54,810 nt of DNA, taken from Macrostomum lignano. Taxonomy: Eukaryota. Of the stretch, positions 53,666-54,810 are shown piece after piece. A program made the position numbers and the translations under genes. The notes beneath the pieces are model-generated. The model was not told where the DNA came from. It worked only from the letters and a program-made list of their open reading frames with translations, and searched no databases. The stretch spans positions 1 to 54,810 of the forward strand of contig NIVC01004212.1 of the NCBI GenBank assembly GCA_002269645.1, written 5' to 3'. Every line of letters starts with the position of its first letter. Position 1 is the stretch's first letter.

Positions 53666-54810
53666 AATTTTCTTTTGGATTGTTGTATTTAACTACTTAT
53701 GCATTAGATGGCAGTAAATGACAGTAAATAGTCAGTTAATTAAAGGTAATTCAAAAATATGCTACTCTAAAAAATATTGTCAAAACACTTGGTCACATTT
53801 TCAAAGCTAATTTAAAAAAAGGGAGCACAACTGGGTATACTTATTTTTAAAACAAAATTTAATTTGACAGCAAATCCAAGTACACTCAGCCTAATGAGAA
53901 TTTAAGACAGAGGGAAAGGAAAAACATTCTAAGAGCTACTCACTTTGTAGGCTCTTTAAAGGAAGCACCTAAATAAAGAAGCTTTCAAATGAGTTATTAG
54001 ACAAAATGAGTGTATGCAAAAAATACAAAGTTCAGAGGGACACTACTCACATTGTAACATATACATTTTTGTTTCTTTAACTAATTAAAACAAGTATAAA
54101 CTCTTCTTTAACATGTATATTTTGTTTTTTCTATGCCTAGCAATTTCATTTTAAAAACACTATTTTACAATTTTTCGTGCAATTATCAGCTTATGGTAAT
54201 CTCACTGGAGTCCCTACTTTGATGTGTGGTTATATTTTTATTTTGCTTTATAGATTGCATTTGGTCTTACCTTCAGCTGCTTTTAGTATTACTAATACAA
54301 GCTACAAGTGCAAAATAATATATAGTTTTAATAACCTAATATATTGCTTATAAATATGCTCTACAACCCAAATTTCTAAGTAGAAAATGTCAAGTGAATA
54401 ATATCTAGTCTTGTCAGTCAACAAATATCTTCATTTCCCTGCCAGATGCCCTGCATTGCCAATATAGTAAATTGATACTCAGGCACCTTTGGTGCTTGCC
54501 ACCTTTAGACTAGTGTCTAGCTGCCTTTGCTTTAGTACCTACTACACCAGCTGTCTAGCTGCAATGTTAGGCACCTTTAATGAAAATCTTATTTTCTGTT
54601 AATGGCAAAAGCGTTAGCATTAAAATGAGAAAAAATTTATTTGTAACACTTAATTTTGTTAAATTAACTGAAAATTAAACTGATAATTGTTTAATAAATG
54701 TTAATCTGTTAAGTTAACATAGAAAATACCAAAATCTTGCACTTTTTTTTCCAAAACAGACTTTATAATGCATTGCTCTTGCTTTTCCATCTTTTTAGCA
54801 AAGCATAGAG

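Overview
Eukaryotic, repeat-saturated animal genomic DNA. GC-rich exons, AT-rich introns and abundant (GACA)n/(GATA)n and minisatellites resemble the free-living flatworm Macrostomum; this attribution is an inference from style only. Five intron-containing genes could be assembled by hand with consistent GT-AG phases. On + is the 3' end of a nicotinic acetylcholine receptor subunit. On - are four co-oriented genes: COPB1 (complete, 6 coding exons, ~983 aa), an unusual DLG5-like protein (coiled coil-PDZ-PDZ-SH3, stopping right after SH3 with no GUK), OSTM1 (3 exons, 304 aa) and nicastrin (2 exons, one apparent frameshift near the C-terminus). Most long ORFs in the supplied track are artefacts of tandem repeats. 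About 20 distinct tandem arrays are present, including a 28-bp minisatellite at three separate loci (one of 5.1 kb). Mobile elements: two tRNA-derived SINE families (5 copies), two hAT-type MITEs with 8-bp TSDs and a solo LTR with a 5-bp TSD. Best leads: a candidate trans-spliced polycistronic cluster, the GUK-less DLG5, a minisatellite that appears to disperse between loci, and tiny introns inflated by different tandem arrays. Repeat boundaries and copy numbers are by-eye approximations.
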